From the human T2T-CHM13v2.0 reference genome, Homo sapiens, in NCBI RefSeq assembly GCF_009914755.1, contig NC_060933.1: a DNA stretch of 64,000 nucleotides. One strand, written 5' to 3'. The notes under the pieces were generated by a model. It saw nothing but the letters and a program-made list of their open reading frames with translations, did not search any database and was not told where the DNA came from. This document shows positions 1 to 13,762 of the stretch, piece after piece. Within the stretch, counting starts at the first letter, position 1. Every line of letters starts with the position of its first letter. The translations under genes and the position numbers were made by a program.

Positions 1-16
1 TAAAAATTATTGAAGA

Positions 17-358
<342 letters not shown>

Positions 359-610
359 TCAGAACAATGAGAACCGGCCAGTGGGGGAATTATTGCCTCT
401 GAGGTCAACACTGGAGCCAGGCAGTCTAGGTTGGAAGCTCTAGGGACTAACACCCAAAACATCGAGATGTGACTGTCCCTGAGACTCAGGAAATCAAAGA
501 TAAACACTGGAAAAACTTAGAAGAAATCCATGACTCTCCTGAACCCACAGTGAAAGACAGAAGCTGTAGGGAGGCCCAGCTTCAGCCCTGGCTCACCTCT
601 TGCTCCACAT

Positions 611-812
611 CAGGGGCCAGCAAACATGCACTAGAAAGGGCCAGAGAGTCCAGATTTGTGGCTTTGTGGGCCATAGACTCTCTGTCACAGCCACTCCACT
701 CTGCCATTACAGTGTTGAAACAGCCAAAGTAATAAGTAAATGAATGAGTATTCTGTGCACCTGTTTACAAAAATAGACTTGGTCCCTGGGCCATAGTTAG
801 CCAATCTTCACT
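611..812. mobile_element. MER58A-like hAT-Charlie MITE
   Basis: Starts CAGGGGCCAGCAAAC; internal AAAGGGCCAGA...GGCTTTGTGGGCCATA...CTCTGCCATT resembles recalled MER58A. Confidence 0.75.
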
Positions 813-1129
813 CTAGTGAATCTAAATGACACTAATTGACCTCCAGAATCCTAGCTGCAAAGGAGTCTTGAAAATGTATTTTTTAGTTTTCTAATTAAAT
901 GCTCCTGAGACCATGAAGGAGTACCACATTCCTGTCTGATGAAAGCACATCCCTCCTGCTGCTTTCTATTTATTTGAATGTAGAGAAAGCGTTAGCCAAT
1001 ACAAAAGGTGCATACCAGGAGACAAGGGCTGTGTTGATTTGCTCCACCAAAAAAGCTACCTCTTGAAGAATGGCTACAGTTGTAGTCATATATTATTACA
1101 CGTATGACAATTTATTGTCATTCTCCAAG

Positions 1130-1910
1130 AATCGCCTGTCCTCTGCATGAAGAGGACACGAGAGTCGCCTCCCCTGCATCTTGCAAGTTTCTGATGGTGC
1201 ACCATCTTTGAAATTCACCAGATATGCTTGTTGATTTTGGTTTTATAGGGAAAGGTAGTTCCAGGGGTTTCCATGTGACCATTTCTACCAGAGGGACCCT
1301 AGCCCCACCCTCCACATTGATAAGGACATCAGTGTAGAGATTTGAGCAGTTGTCGAGTATTTCTATCTCAACTTTACATTCAGGAGCTAGAAAAATAACC
1401 ACAAGATGGGCTCCCAGAGCCACTGGCCTACTGTGAAATAGACTTCGGCCAAAATTCTATTTCTCCCCTGACCATCTCACCTCCCACATCAATCTCCAAT
1501 CTGGTTTGGATTCGTATCAGCCCAGAGCCTGTGCCTATGTATCCCTGAAAATCTGAGTTTCTCCCTTTCCCCTGTGCATGGCCACCCTAGTTAATGGCTT
1601 CAGGTAATTTCTTGGATGGTAGGAGGAAGATAGAGTATGCTCTTGTGGCAGTTTCTCTAGGGTCTGGGCTCAAGGGGAACAAACCACCTCTTCTCTCAGG
1701 GACTTTCCATAGTGTGTGCTCACTCAGATTCAGGAGTGTTAACTCAAGTGCTTTTCAGTTTATAGATCAGATAGGTTGTCTGTTGATTTCATGGACACCG
1801 TGACCCCACCCTGGAAACCTTTGGGCCCAACCATCCTGACCCACCACCATTGGCCCTGATGCTGGTCATGGTGGTCACTCTCATCTTGTCACTGACAGCA
1901 GAGTTAATTC
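1130..1910 (-). mobile_element. ERVL-class internal remnant (gag end/protease/RT start), decayed
   Basis: Minus ORF 1118-1423 contains WKPLELP and TIRNLQDAG, resembling HERV-L pol WKPLELP..ATIKDLKDAG; upstream on the minus strand GGCACAGGCTCTGGGCTG reads as a degraded DTGSEL protease site. Confidence 0.75.
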
Positions 1911-2619
1911 TTCTGGAGTTAAGGCTTGTGAAGGAAAGTTAGAGGTCCAGGCCACCATCAGATGAATCCATCACTCAACTGACTATGACAGGAATATAAA
2001 GCTAGCTTTTACTTTTTTAATTTGTTAAATAAAAGAACTATGATTGTATTTAACACAGACTTCATGCTTGATTTCTTCTCCTATTTACATATGACTGATA
2101 TCTATGAAAAACTGTGTTTTTGTTGTATTTCAGTGCTTATGGCAAACTCAAAATTTGGAATTTAAGTTGGCACTATTTGGGGTTTTGTCTCTTTGCTGGG
2201 ACAGATGACAAAGCCAGGGGTAAATAGGCCTTATGAGGCATTTTCTGTCAACAGCCAGAACCAGAGTCCCTTGAAGAATCACAAATCTATTTAGCTGAAG
2301 ATTTATGGTATCCTATCATGGAACCATTGTGATTTCCAACTCTGAGAAAGGCTGTAAGTCTCTGTGATTTGGAATGATTTATCTGCCACAGCCAGATTCC
2401 ATAAGGCTCAATTCTGAAGAAGTGTGAAGCAGGGGAGGCGAGACCCGGGCCCAGAACCGGGTCTAGGGGAGACCCATGTCCGGGCGTGAGCCCCACTATG
2501 CCAGTGTCATTATTCCTCTGCAGAATGGGTTAGTACTGCCCGGGATGAGGATGGAGTTTGTCCCTGCAGGAAGGAATGCAGCTAACAGGAATGGCTTTGT
2601 GCTCCAGCACAAATGAGTT

Positions 2620-2835
2620 CAGCAAAAAAGCACAGACTCTGGAAACAAACTAGTTTGAATTCCCACCTCCAACATTTCCCAGAGAAATTACTTAATTTGT
2701 GTCTGAGTTTCCTCATCTCTAAAATAAGGATGAGGGAGTTCCTAACTTACAGGATTGCTTAGAGAATTAAGTAAGTTAACTCATGTGAAACACTGCAAGT
2801 GGTGGCCGGCACATGGCGAGTTCACTGAATCAGCT
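2620..2835 (+). mobile_element. MIR SINE
   Basis: MIR core GAGTTTCCTCATCTCTAAAATAAGGATG...CAGGATTGCTTAGAGAATTAA. Confidence 0.8.
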
Positions 2836-3719
2836 ACGCCATCTATACGGGGCGACAGGGCAGGAACGGGGGCCCAGAAGACGAAGGCAGAGTAGTAGAG
2901 GGAGGACCTTACTCCCCCGAGCTCCACCTATCCCTGCAGGGGTGTTTGGATGGGATTGCCCCTGCTCTGCCAATCCTTCTGTCTTTAATAATTGAGCTTC
3001 TCTCCCACAGTAGAAAACATTGAGCTCTGCCACCCGCTCAGGTGATATGCTCCAGGCACAGGCATTACGGAGCTGTGGTTAGCTTTCAGGTGGCCTCTAG
3101 GTGTCTCTCGGGCCTGAATATAGGAGAACAGCCCATTCCACTGACATCTCTCTTCCTAGCCCTTCTCCTTTCTTTCCTTCTTCCCTTCCTCCCTTCCACT
3201 CTTCACATTTGTTAAACTAAACTGAATCCCAGCAGAAGTTCCATATTATCTTCTAGAAAGTCCAAAACACTCTAATTCAAGCCACACTCCCCAAAAGCAT
3301 CCAAAGAGCTGCTGAAAGAAATGTGCTTGGTCCCAGGCACAGTGACCTGTAGTGAGTTATCCCCCTCATCTGTTTTCCTGGGATGTATTCGGTGTTCTCA
3401 GGCAGGCCACTCTCCTGCCACAGACATTTCCTTCGAGCTCAGGCAACCCCAGCACAGGCAACCATATAATATAATGTCTTAGCGCACCTCACTCAGGGAT
3501 CCATGCTTATCAGGGACATAGGCTTGGTATGAAGAGACACAAACACTCTGGAGTTGTATGCAGAATGGACTACCCAGGGCTTTGTCAGTATCAACACACT
3601 CTAGAGTAGCACTCTGTTCATCAATGGAAGCAAAAGCCTCCCACCAGGCAGGAGAGATGGTCAGGATGACGGGAGGGGCCCATCAAAGGAGGAGGGACAA
3701 AGAGAGAAGATAGATGGCA

Positions 3720-6235
3720 CATGGCAATGGAGGACTAACTTAGTCCATTCCTGCCACATGAGAATAACAAGAAAAGATGGTAATTGTTGTTCTTGTTGTT
3801 GTTGTTAGAAAGCCATCTACTTGAAGGCACCAGAGAACAAACAAGCCAATAAATTGTTACAGAACATGATTTGGGAGCAAAAGGAAGGACAGAGAGTGAG
3901 CCTAGCACCTGCGGCCAATCTTCCCAGAGACACCTGCTGCTTCCAGAAGCAGTCCAGAGGCAGGGATAGGGAGCAGAAGAGCGTCTGGCAGCCTTTCAGT
4001 GCAGCGAGCATAAGGTCTGGAGTTCAGGGCCCACCAAAGGGCAGGGAAGGCTCCTAAACCATCCATTCTCAGTCAGGACCATGAAAGGCTACATCCTATG
4101 AGCAAGGGTGATCCATTTGTGAATCAGCCCTTGTGGGCACTGAATCCCGGTGTCAAATCTCTTGTGAAATTGGATTATGGGGAACCTGAGTTGCTCAGAC
4201 CCCAGCTGCCAACCAGGAGAAAATATAAATCTTGCCTGAGGGAGATAACATCAGACTAGGCCTCAAACTGTTTCTACTACTCTTAATAAACAATATTGCA
4301 ATTCAGTCAGAAATAACCCAATATTCTCAAAACCAAAGCATGGGAATATAAAGCAAGAAAGGCAATTTAAAAAATAGAAGCAGTATCAAATCATCAAGTT
4401 GTATACCTTAAATATACACAAATTTAAGAAAAGAAAGACGATAGAAGCAAACTCTGGCATTGCCCCCATAATGGAATTATCAGAACTGACTTTTTAAAAA
4501 CTTTTTTAAAGCCTACATCAAAGGAAGAATACCAGAATGAGCTCCCATGTACAAATTATGCATCCTCACCAGTTATATATACACACACACACTTTTTTGG
4601 AGTATTTAAAAATAAATCACAGACATAATATCATTTCCCCTCTAAGGACTTCACTATACAATTTTAATGACCTAACCATTATACCATTATCACACCTAAG
4701 AAAATAAACAAAAATTTTTCAATAGCATTTAAAATCCAGTTTGAGTCGCAGTCTATAAATTAACTACCTCAATATATTTAAGCAGATTATGAATAAGACT
4801 GAAAATTTCAACAGAAAACTGGAAACTTTTAAAGAAAAACAATGGACATTCTTCTGAAAAATAAAATTGTTGCTATTAAAGCTTATAATGGGCTAAATAG
4901 CAGAAGAGATACAGCTAAGGAGAAAATATGTAAATAGGAATATAAACTAGAAGAAAAGATTCCAAATAAAGCACAAAGAGACAAACAGATGTGAAACATA
5001 AAAGAAAGGGTGAAAAACAAGAGAATACAGTGTCCTGTTCAGAGGTAACAGCACAGACTGGAGCAGAAGCAACATTAAGAGATACTGGGTGAAGATTTCC
5101 CCAAACTAATGAAAGATATTTCATTGAACACAATTTATGCCCCTTATCAGATGCATTCAGCCTCTCCTGACTCCAGGGACCCGCACCCCTTGTTTGCAGA
5201 GGTCCCCAGCTGCTTCTGCCCCAGCTGCCACCACATCACCTCCAGGCCCATTGAGGTCTTGGCCATATTCCATGAGGTGAGCCCAGCTTCTCCTTGTCCC
5301 ATGGAGCTGTTTGATCACTGCTCAGTTAATCTGGAAAATAATAATGAAACGCTAATTAGAAAATTCCCATATGTTTGGAAGGTAAGGGATAAATTTCTAA
5401 AGCACTCAAGGATCAATGAAGACATTACAATGGAAATTAGGAATTATTTTGAACTTGATAACAAAAATCTAAACACTTGTGAGATGCAGCTAACACGGTG
5501 CTTAGAGGGAAATTTTAAAACTTAAACAGATACATGAAGGAACATAAATAACTAAATACCAAGTGGTCTAAGTATCCATCTAAAGAAATTAGAATGAGAT
5601 TACCAAATTAATTTTTTTTTAAAAAAAGGCAAAGTTGGAGAAAGAGAATAAAATGAGAGGACAGAAATTTATGTAATAGAAAATAGACATCTAATACAAA
5701 GGCTCAATAAAGCGAAAGTTCTTTCTTTGAAAGAAGCAACTTGTCAAACTCCTGCTAAGACTTATCAATGTAAAAAAGAGGACACAAATCCCAAGAATCA
5801 GAAATGGAGGTCAGGAGGGGGGCACATCACTATAGCTTCTGGAGATAGGAATGTGATAGTAAGATGATAATTACAATAAACCAATAAACTTAAATTTTTA
5901 AGAGAAAAGTAAACAAATTCCTAGGAAACTCCAACTCACCAAAGCTGACTCCAGAAGAAATAATAAACAAGGATAATCCTTTAATATTGAAGAAATTAAC
6001 ACCATAAATTAAAACCTTCTCTTAGAGAAAACTCCAGACCCAAATGGCTGCCCAGTGAAAAACTAATGCAAATCTTACACAAACTCCTCCAGAGAACAGA
6101 AATCAATGAAACCCCCAGGAACCTGTTTTCTGAAGCCTGCATGACCTTGACACCAAAACCAAGCAACATCATTGTAAGAAAGGAAAAGAACAGGCAAATT
6201 CCTCTCATATATATAGATGCAAAAATACTTTTTAC
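3720..6235 (+). mobile_element. Old L1M LINE fragments (5'UTR/ORF1/ORF2 pieces)
   Basis: A-rich plus strand; ORF2-like peptides (WKVRDKFLKHSRINEDITMEIRNYFELD; LFSEACMTLTPKP; IDAKIL). Interrupted by a minus L1MC-like 3' piece near 4495-4745. Confidence 0.75.
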
Positions 6236-6560
6236 AGGGAAGGGAAGGAAGGTGAAGGGATGAAGAAAAGTTGATTCATGTGTACAAGAATATCGTTAGA
6301 AGGAATAACTTCTAGTATTCTATAGAACAGCAGAGAAATTATAGTTAACAATAATTTATTGCATATTTCAAAATGGCTAGAAGAGAAGAATTGTAATGTT
6401 CCCAACACAAAGAAAATATAGTCTTGAGATGGTGGATATTGCAGTTACCGTGATTTGATCATTACATAATGGATACAGGTATCAAAATATCACATGTAGC
6501 CCCAAAATATGTATAGCCATGATATATCAACAAAAATACAAACAACATTTTTTTTAAATA
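6236..6560 (+). mobile_element. L1MA-type 3' end
   Basis: ATAGTTAACAATAATTTATTGCATATTTCAAAATGGCTAGAAGAGAAG...ATCAAAATATCACATGTA typical of the L1MA 3'UTR. Confidence 0.8.
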
Positions 6561-7680
6561 AACGAGTGATGATTGAGAGAGACAGGAGACTTTCGAGAGC
6601 AAAGTGGCAGGGTCCTCTTCACTGTGGAGGTTTGTCAGGAGGTCAACTTTGGCTGGCTGGTGTGGAGCATTCATAGAGTGTCCTGTCCTCCCTCACCACC
6701 TCCTGCCCAGCAGCCTGTATCACATAGGCCTTGTTGCCATCTGTGGTCTGACTCCACCCGCTTTTATTTGTGGTTTGGGAGACACCTTATCAACTCATTT
6801 TGTTATGTTATTCATAGATAATGAGTTTTTATTATTTCAATTGCTCTGGTTGGATTTGTTGAGGGTTTCCAGAACATTCACAATTATGCCACCACTGCTG
6901 CCTTCTTATGCCTTCTTACTCAGGGTTTAACCCACGCCTTTAATATCAATGCTAGTGCACAGTATGTATGCTGCATTGTTTTTACAGCAATTCCACCATG
7001 GATAGATATTCAGATTGTGTTCTGTGTTTTTCTGTTACAATAAATGCACGAGAATATCTTTGGGCATATTTCTATTTTTTTAATTTTTGTAAAACATATT
7101 GCTAAAAGTGGGATTTCTCCATCATAGAGTTAACAGATACTGTCAGATTACTTCCTCTAACATTTGGGGCAATGCACACTCCCATCTGTAAAATCAGGGA
7201 GTACAGTTTCTCTAAATCCTTTCCAATATTGGATCCTATAAACTTTCTCTAATTTGTTAAAATTTGATAGTAAATTTGGCATTTTGTTGTTTTAATTTTA
7301 ATTGTCCTCATACTAATGAGGTCGAGAGTTTTAATTTTCTCTTACTTTTTGCATTTTCTCTTGCCTGTTCATATCCTTTGATACTTTTCAACTGGACCTT
7401 TATTTTTCCTTTTCTGAAGAAGTTCTTTGTATATGAGAGATATTAAACCTTTCTCCACATATAGTTCAAATGTTTTACCCTGTCACTTGCTATTTGACTC
7501 TCTCTGTTTTTTTGCCATATAGAAATGATTAACTTCCATCGTGAAACCAGCCTCTGTCTGCCTGTATGTCCTTTGAGTTTTGTTTGTTGCTTGACAAGGC
7601 CTTTTTCACCCCAAGATTAGGCAACATTCTTCTATATTTTCTTCTAATACTTGTATGGGTTTGTTTTACACTTAGTTATT

Positions 7681-8078
7681 TGATATGGTTTGGATCTGTG
7701 TCCCCACCCAAATCTCATTTTCAATTGTAATACCCAATGTTTGGCAGTGGGGCCTGGTGGGAGGTAATTGGATCACAGGGATGGTTTCTCACGGTTAAGC
7801 ATCATCCCCTTGGTGCTGTCTCATGATAGAGTTCTCATGAGATCTGGTTGTTTAAAAGTGTGTGGCACCTCCCTGCTCTCTCTCTTGCTCCTGCTCCTGT
7901 CGTGTAAGACATGCCTACTCTCCCTTTGCCTTCCGCCATGATTGTAAGTTTCCTGAGGCCTCCCCGACCATGCTTCTTGTGCAGCCTGCAGAACTGTGAG
8001 CCAATTAAATCTCTTTTCTTTATAAATTACCCAGTCTCGGGGTATTTCTTTACAGCCGTGCAAAAATGAACTAATACA
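7681..8078 (+). mobile_element. MSTA-type MaLR solo LTR
   Basis: TGATATGGTTTGGATCTGTGTCCCCACCCAAATCTC ... AACTAATACA; 5-bp TSD TTATT at 7676-7680 and 8079-8083. Confidence 0.92.
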
Positions 8079-8209
8079 TTATTTAAACTTGGACTTTTTG
8101 TGCACGGAACAAGGTAGGAGTCTATCTTTGTTTTCTTTCAAGTGACTGATTGTTGTTTACTTAGAATTAATTCATTTCCACCTCCTCCTTACTAACGAAA
8201 TCTCAAACT

Positions 8210-8680
8210 TGTTCAGAACATAAACTCTCTGCCATATTCTTCAGAGAAAGATAATCCTAATCCAGAGATTACATTAGGTTGTCTAAGCTCATAGCTCTTT
8301 CCAGAGACTGGCTCAAAAATTGGCACGTGAACCAATTCTGGTGGAAAAGATGTGAGGAGTGCTGTGCTGGGGGATTTGGGGAAGGTTCTCCCTTGCTCTT
8401 CTGGGTCCACGTGACATGCTATCATCTCTCTTCCTCAGAGAAGGGGCCCTGAGTGGGTGTGAGGCCTGGGGGTGCTATGGCATCTGCCCGCCTATGCAGA
8501 AGGGTCTGGCACAGAAGAGGCACCACTGAGAGACTCTCTGGGAGTGGAGGCAGAGCCATCAGAAACCCTGTTCTGAAGGCCTGCATCTCTACGGTTCCAT
8601 CCTCCTTAAAACTGAGGAACAGCCTTCCTTTATGTCTAAATGTGTCTCGTTAAATTCATTTTCATTTACTTGATAGCTTT
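8210..8680 (+). mobile_element. Old MLT1-type MaLR LTR
   Basis: GTGAACCAATTCTGG...AAGATGTGAGGAG...TGCTGGGGGATTTGGGGAAGGTT motif typical of old MLT1 subfamilies. Confidence 0.55.
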
Positions 8681-10639
8681 TATTGTTATTATACATTGGC
8701 AGTTTTTCATTTAATTTCTATCTATTGATGTTATCTTTAAAGGTATTAATTTTATGTTTTATTTTGTGTACAAAATATCTTTTGAATGCAACAGTTTTTA
8801 AAATCTGGCCTATTGTATTTTCCAAGCCTGTAATCCTATTGCCTACAAATAAAGTTAATTTTGATCTTTCTATCCTAACCTTGGTATGACTTACTTGTTT
8901 TATATTTTATTACATTAGCTAGACTCTCAAAAATAATGTTGTTTAATAATGGCGATTGGGGCATTGCAGTCATGTTCCACATTTCAGTTGTTTAATATTT
9001 CAAAATATGTAGTTTTTTACGAACCACCTTCATTATCTCTCAGTAGCTTCCTCCTAGTTCTATTTTATTTACAGCTTTTGCAATAAATAACTAAAAATTA
9101 GTCAAATGTGATTTTTAAATCTGTTGATTTAATTATATGTTTGTTTACTGTGTTCATATAATGAGTACGCTAAGCATGTTAAACCTCTTTTTCATTTCTG
9201 GAACAAGCCCTGCTTGGTCAAGCAGGATTCATTTTCTAATTTACTGCTGAATTTGATTCACTAATATTGTACAGTTTTTTGGTTTCGTGTCTATATTCCC
9301 AAAGGGAATTGATTCATTGTTTTTCCTTTTACTTTGTTATTTTTAAAATCAGATTTTATTCTATACAAAGTCAAGGCATAGTAAAAAATAATAATAATAA
9401 ATAAAAAAGAAGGAAATAAAGATCAATAAAGTCAGATTTTTGTATTAAAATTATAATGAGCGAAATATAAAATAAATGAGAAATTTTCTTCTTTTCCTGT
9501 GATCTGCCACAGTTTGAGTAACATGAAAATTATATTTTATTAATTGAGACATGTTCTCAATGCGCTATCATGTTGTGCTTCCTAATGCACATAGTACCAC
9601 AAAAGTGTTTTCTTGCCTGAATAAACAGCTTCTTTGAAGAAGCTTCTTCTGTAAAAAAGTAATAATAATAATAACACAGGCCCCAGAATTTTAACATTTG
9701 GGGAGAAAGTACAAATTTAGAGAAAGCATTCCAATTCTTGTAAACATCACATCATATTTCATGCTCAAATTATATTTTCAAATCAATATTATTCATAAAA
9801 AGGTATTATTAAATGGTTTCATTGAAACAAATAAATATGTACTTTTGAGGCAGTGGAAAATATACTTATCAAGGATCCACGAAGTTCATCATCACGACAA
9901 GAGCAGCAGTAAAATGGAAATTGTACCACTGAAATGCACAATAGCCCAATCCACTGAACTTAAGGAAATGGTCATTTGACACAAACAATTACTTGTCCAT
10001 TTCCTACTTTACAAGGATACAGTGAAGATAAAAAGATTTCCATGAGAATGCTTCAGGGTGTTTCAAAGGAAGCTACATTCTTTGTATGATCACCATTATT
10101 GTCAAGACTACCAATTTAAAAATGACCTATCTCTGGGGTGACCAAAGGGTATGGACATTTATGGTGTGGTTTGCAAAGCCTTCAACTATGAAACATGATT
10201 ATTATTTTTGGCTTTGCTACAAAATGGAATTATTCAATAGGTACCATGTGCCAGAACAACAGTAGGCTTTTCCAGAGAGCTCTCAGGCTAAAATTAGATG
10301 ATAGTTGCCCAGCTGTATACCAGTTATTAAAGGATCCATAAGCATATTGCTAGGCTATCTCAGTTGAGTAAAAAGTCATATAATTTTATGAGTAAAACTT
10401 GAAGCCTTACATATAATCATGTGATCTAGCTCTATTGTCTTATAGAATGTAAGTTGGTTATCGAGGTGAAGTGATTTGTACAAGGCACAATAAATGTACC
10501 TTCCATTTATTCTGCAAGTATATAAAAAACAGTACAAGAGGTTGAGGAAACAGTGGTGAGCAAATATAAATGGTCCTTGCTCTCAAAATATTTGCAGCTC
10601 AAGGAAGAACATAAAGATCAAAAGAGATGATCGTGTGAT

Positions 10640-11148
10640 TCATGGTACTGAAATAGACCAAGTTTTCAAAGATTGCCACTTTTTTCGCACATCCTGTTTT
10701 CTTTTCTAATGTAAATTTTTCTTTTTCCATCAAGATATAGAATCTTCTTCCTTGTCCCTGTGATCTGTTTCAAGCAATAACAGATGTGGCAGATGCTGGG
10801 CAGTTGTGAGGCTGGGCCTCAGGAGTCAGGCAACCTCTGCCTCACTTCACGTAACATTCCTCCTCAGAATCCAGCTGCCATATTGTGAGGAAGCCCAAGT
10901 ACCCAGAAAAGATCACAAGGGAAACTACTGAAGGCCCCAGCCAACAGCCCCAGCTGAGTCTTAGCCGCAGCTAACACCAACCACCAGCCATGAGACTCAG
11001 GCACTTTGAAATGGGGCATCCCAGTGCCCCAGCCAAGTAGATGAACCAGATGCTTCTCCTGGAAAGAATCATGAAAAATGATAAACTGTTGTTTTAAAAC
11101 CACTACATGTGACGTGGTTTGTTATGCATCAACAGATGATTGAAACAG
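10640..11148 (+). mobile_element. MLT1-type MaLR LTR within an L2-like remnant
   Basis: GCTGCCATATTGTGAGGAAGCCCAAG, CCCAGCCAACAGCCCCAGCTGAG; 3' end GTTTTAAAACCACTA...GTTTGTTATGCA...GAAACA. Confidence 0.75.
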
Positions 11149-12859
11149 GTATGAAGACAGACAAAAAAAATGTTGCTATGAAATAGCAGAGCATGAAAAC
11201 CTACTTAGGGAGGGGAGGAGGAGTTAGGAAACTGAATAATTGTTCACCTGGCCATGACTGGAGCAGGAGCACTTCAGTCAGAGGGCAAGGGAACCTGTGG
11301 AGGCCTTCAAGAAGGAAAGAAGGGGTTTGGCCTAGGAGCTGACATGGCCTGGAATGGCTAGACAGTTTTGATTCAAGGGGAAAGTGGGTAGATATGAATC
11401 TGGGGAGGGTGGCACAGCCTGGCAGGGATTACCTAAGGCCAGTGGGAAACTACACAGCTTCCCGTAGACAGAACCCTGATTAAGATCCAGAATTGCTGGC
11501 TCTCACTTTAGTGGTTTTTCATCTAAATGACATCATCCTCAACGGATGCCTCCAATTCAACAAAACAACACAAACAGCCACAGAGACAGTGCTACTGTGT
11601 CCCCCATGGGCTGCCATCAGCCATGCTGGGTCCATGTGCATTCAGCTGTGGTCCAGGAGATTGCCTGAGCCCCTCCTCTGCATGTTTGCTCTTACCCTGT
11701 CGCTCTCAGCTCTCAGGGGGCTGGCATCAGGAGTCTGGCTCCTTCACCTCTCTTCCCCAGAGGAAGAAGATGGGGCAGAACCTGTGGTCAAGGCACATGT
11801 CCCCTAAGGAAGCCCTGAATGGTCATCAACAACAGCCTGTGTGTATGTATCATGTCATGTATGGGATAGCTGGGTCTTACACACCTTATTGAAAGGAGGT
11901 TGTTTCACTGTACTTCACACAGGAACCAGGCAGGGTCATCTCCAGATACCACAGAGAAGCAGGAGAACCCTCATGGGAAACCAGAGACAGGTTGCCTCAC
12001 ACCTGGCTCTCCCTGTAGCGAGGCAGCTTGCGGGCGACCCAGGAGAGACCAGCCCTCAGTCATCAGATGCAGAGACAGGAAGGAGCGTGGAGGAATCAAA
12101 ATTACGAGGAGGGAGGACATTCCCTCTCTGCCAATAGCTCTGGAAACGATATAATGTGCACTGCACTGGCTCCTGTCTCAGCCCTTGCTGTTGGCTGGTA
12201 GGCACCCTCCTTTTATATCTTCTGCTCAAGTTTCCTATCAAGTTGCATTTGATGAATTCAATATGCCTGTCCAAAGTGATGCCTAAAACCCCTGCATATT
12301 GGCCACTGAAAAGCAGCCATTGGCTGCCACCAGGACAAGAGGGTGACGGGAGGAACCGAGCAGTGGTGAAGGATTGTTCTGGTCACTATCCAACCTTGCA
12401 CCATTTGGGGCAGGTCTCTTCAATGCGACCGTCATTTCTTCCTCTGTGAAGCAGGGGTAATAACAGAGTTCTCTCCACCTCCCAAGACTGTGAGGAGCAA
12501 ACAGAAGAGTGGGGTAATATTCTCATAAACTGTACATCACAATTCAATGGTGAATTATATATTTGATTGAACCATACAAAGTAGCCAAGAGTCAACTAAA
12601 AAATTATCAATTTAGGTCAAAAATGACAACAGTAGGTAACTCTTGGCAATGTCACATGGTTCAAGCTAAGTTTTAGCCTGTTATATAGCAACTACCTTTT
12701 TCATTAAAAAGTAAAACACAATAGACTCTATGATAATTTAGTTTCATAAATTCTCACTGCACCCTGTCCCATGACTGATACTTTAATATTCTGATATGCA
12801 CATTTGACAGAGCTAGGAGCAAGCAAAGAGGTTAAAATATGAACAGAGCATATTATCAT

Positions 12860-13085
12860 AGAGAGGTCAAGAGCATGGCACCAGGATCCCATTGCTCCGG
12901 TTCCAATCCTGGATTTTCCAGTACTCCCTCTGTGACCTTGGACAAGTTGCTTAGTCTCCCTGTGGCTCAGTTTTCTCATCTGTAAAATGAAATTAATAGT
13001 AACACCGACTTCACAGGGATGAAGTAAGGAGGACATGAGTCAGTAAGTTGTGAAGCATATAAAAACAGACCTTGCCCATTTACTA
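12860..13085 (+). mobile_element. MIR SINE
   Basis: TGTGACCTTGGACAAGTTGCTT...CTCAGTTTTCTCATCTGTAAAATG core. Confidence 0.85.
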
Positions 13086-13762
13086 CCTCATCTGATGTTA
13101 TTTTTACTGGATTTTGCATTTTGCCCTAGATAATTTTGAATTTAATTCTAAAAAAATAACATTTTAGAGCTGGAAGGAAACTTTTAAATATTCAGTGGGT
13201 TTTTATATGTCTGTAGGTCTACCTGCTTTAAGAGTGGTGAAAGGCAATTAATTTTATAGAGCCTCTCTGAATCGTTTCACTCTGAAAACTCCAAAACATT
13301 TGATTCCTGCATTACCCTTGAAGTTGGAACGTGGAGAGTCTCGTTCTCTGTTTCCACAGGAAGCCTTGGTATTTTAAGCCTACTAGCCACAAAATCGAAC
13401 TTTTTGATCAACTTTAATAAGACATGACATGGGTTCTCATAAGTGATACCCTTAGGACTAAAAGAACCCTGGAATGCAAATTTTGCTAGCATGTTAAGAA
13501 GAAAAGTTTAGCATGTTCCCTAACATGAAAAGCCCTCTTTGATTCTTAAATTGTCTCAATATATAATTTGTTCTATTAAATTATAAAAAAATACAGGAAT
13601 CCCCATTGCAGGCAATTGTGCTGTACAATGGACATTTTTACATTTTAGGAGTCATATCTGTATTTCTCCAAGTGTTTTCTGAGGAATAACTGCATTGTAA
13701 TTAACTAGAATATTTATAAAAATGCAGATTCCTAGATACCACAGCATTATACATCTAGTAGC

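Larger units (their letters stand above)
6950..9500 (-). mobile_element. Old L1M(E) ORF2/3' remnant hosting LTR insertions
   Basis: T-rich decayed antisense L1 text (e.g. TTCTTTGTATATGAGAGATATTAAACC). Confidence 0.65.
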
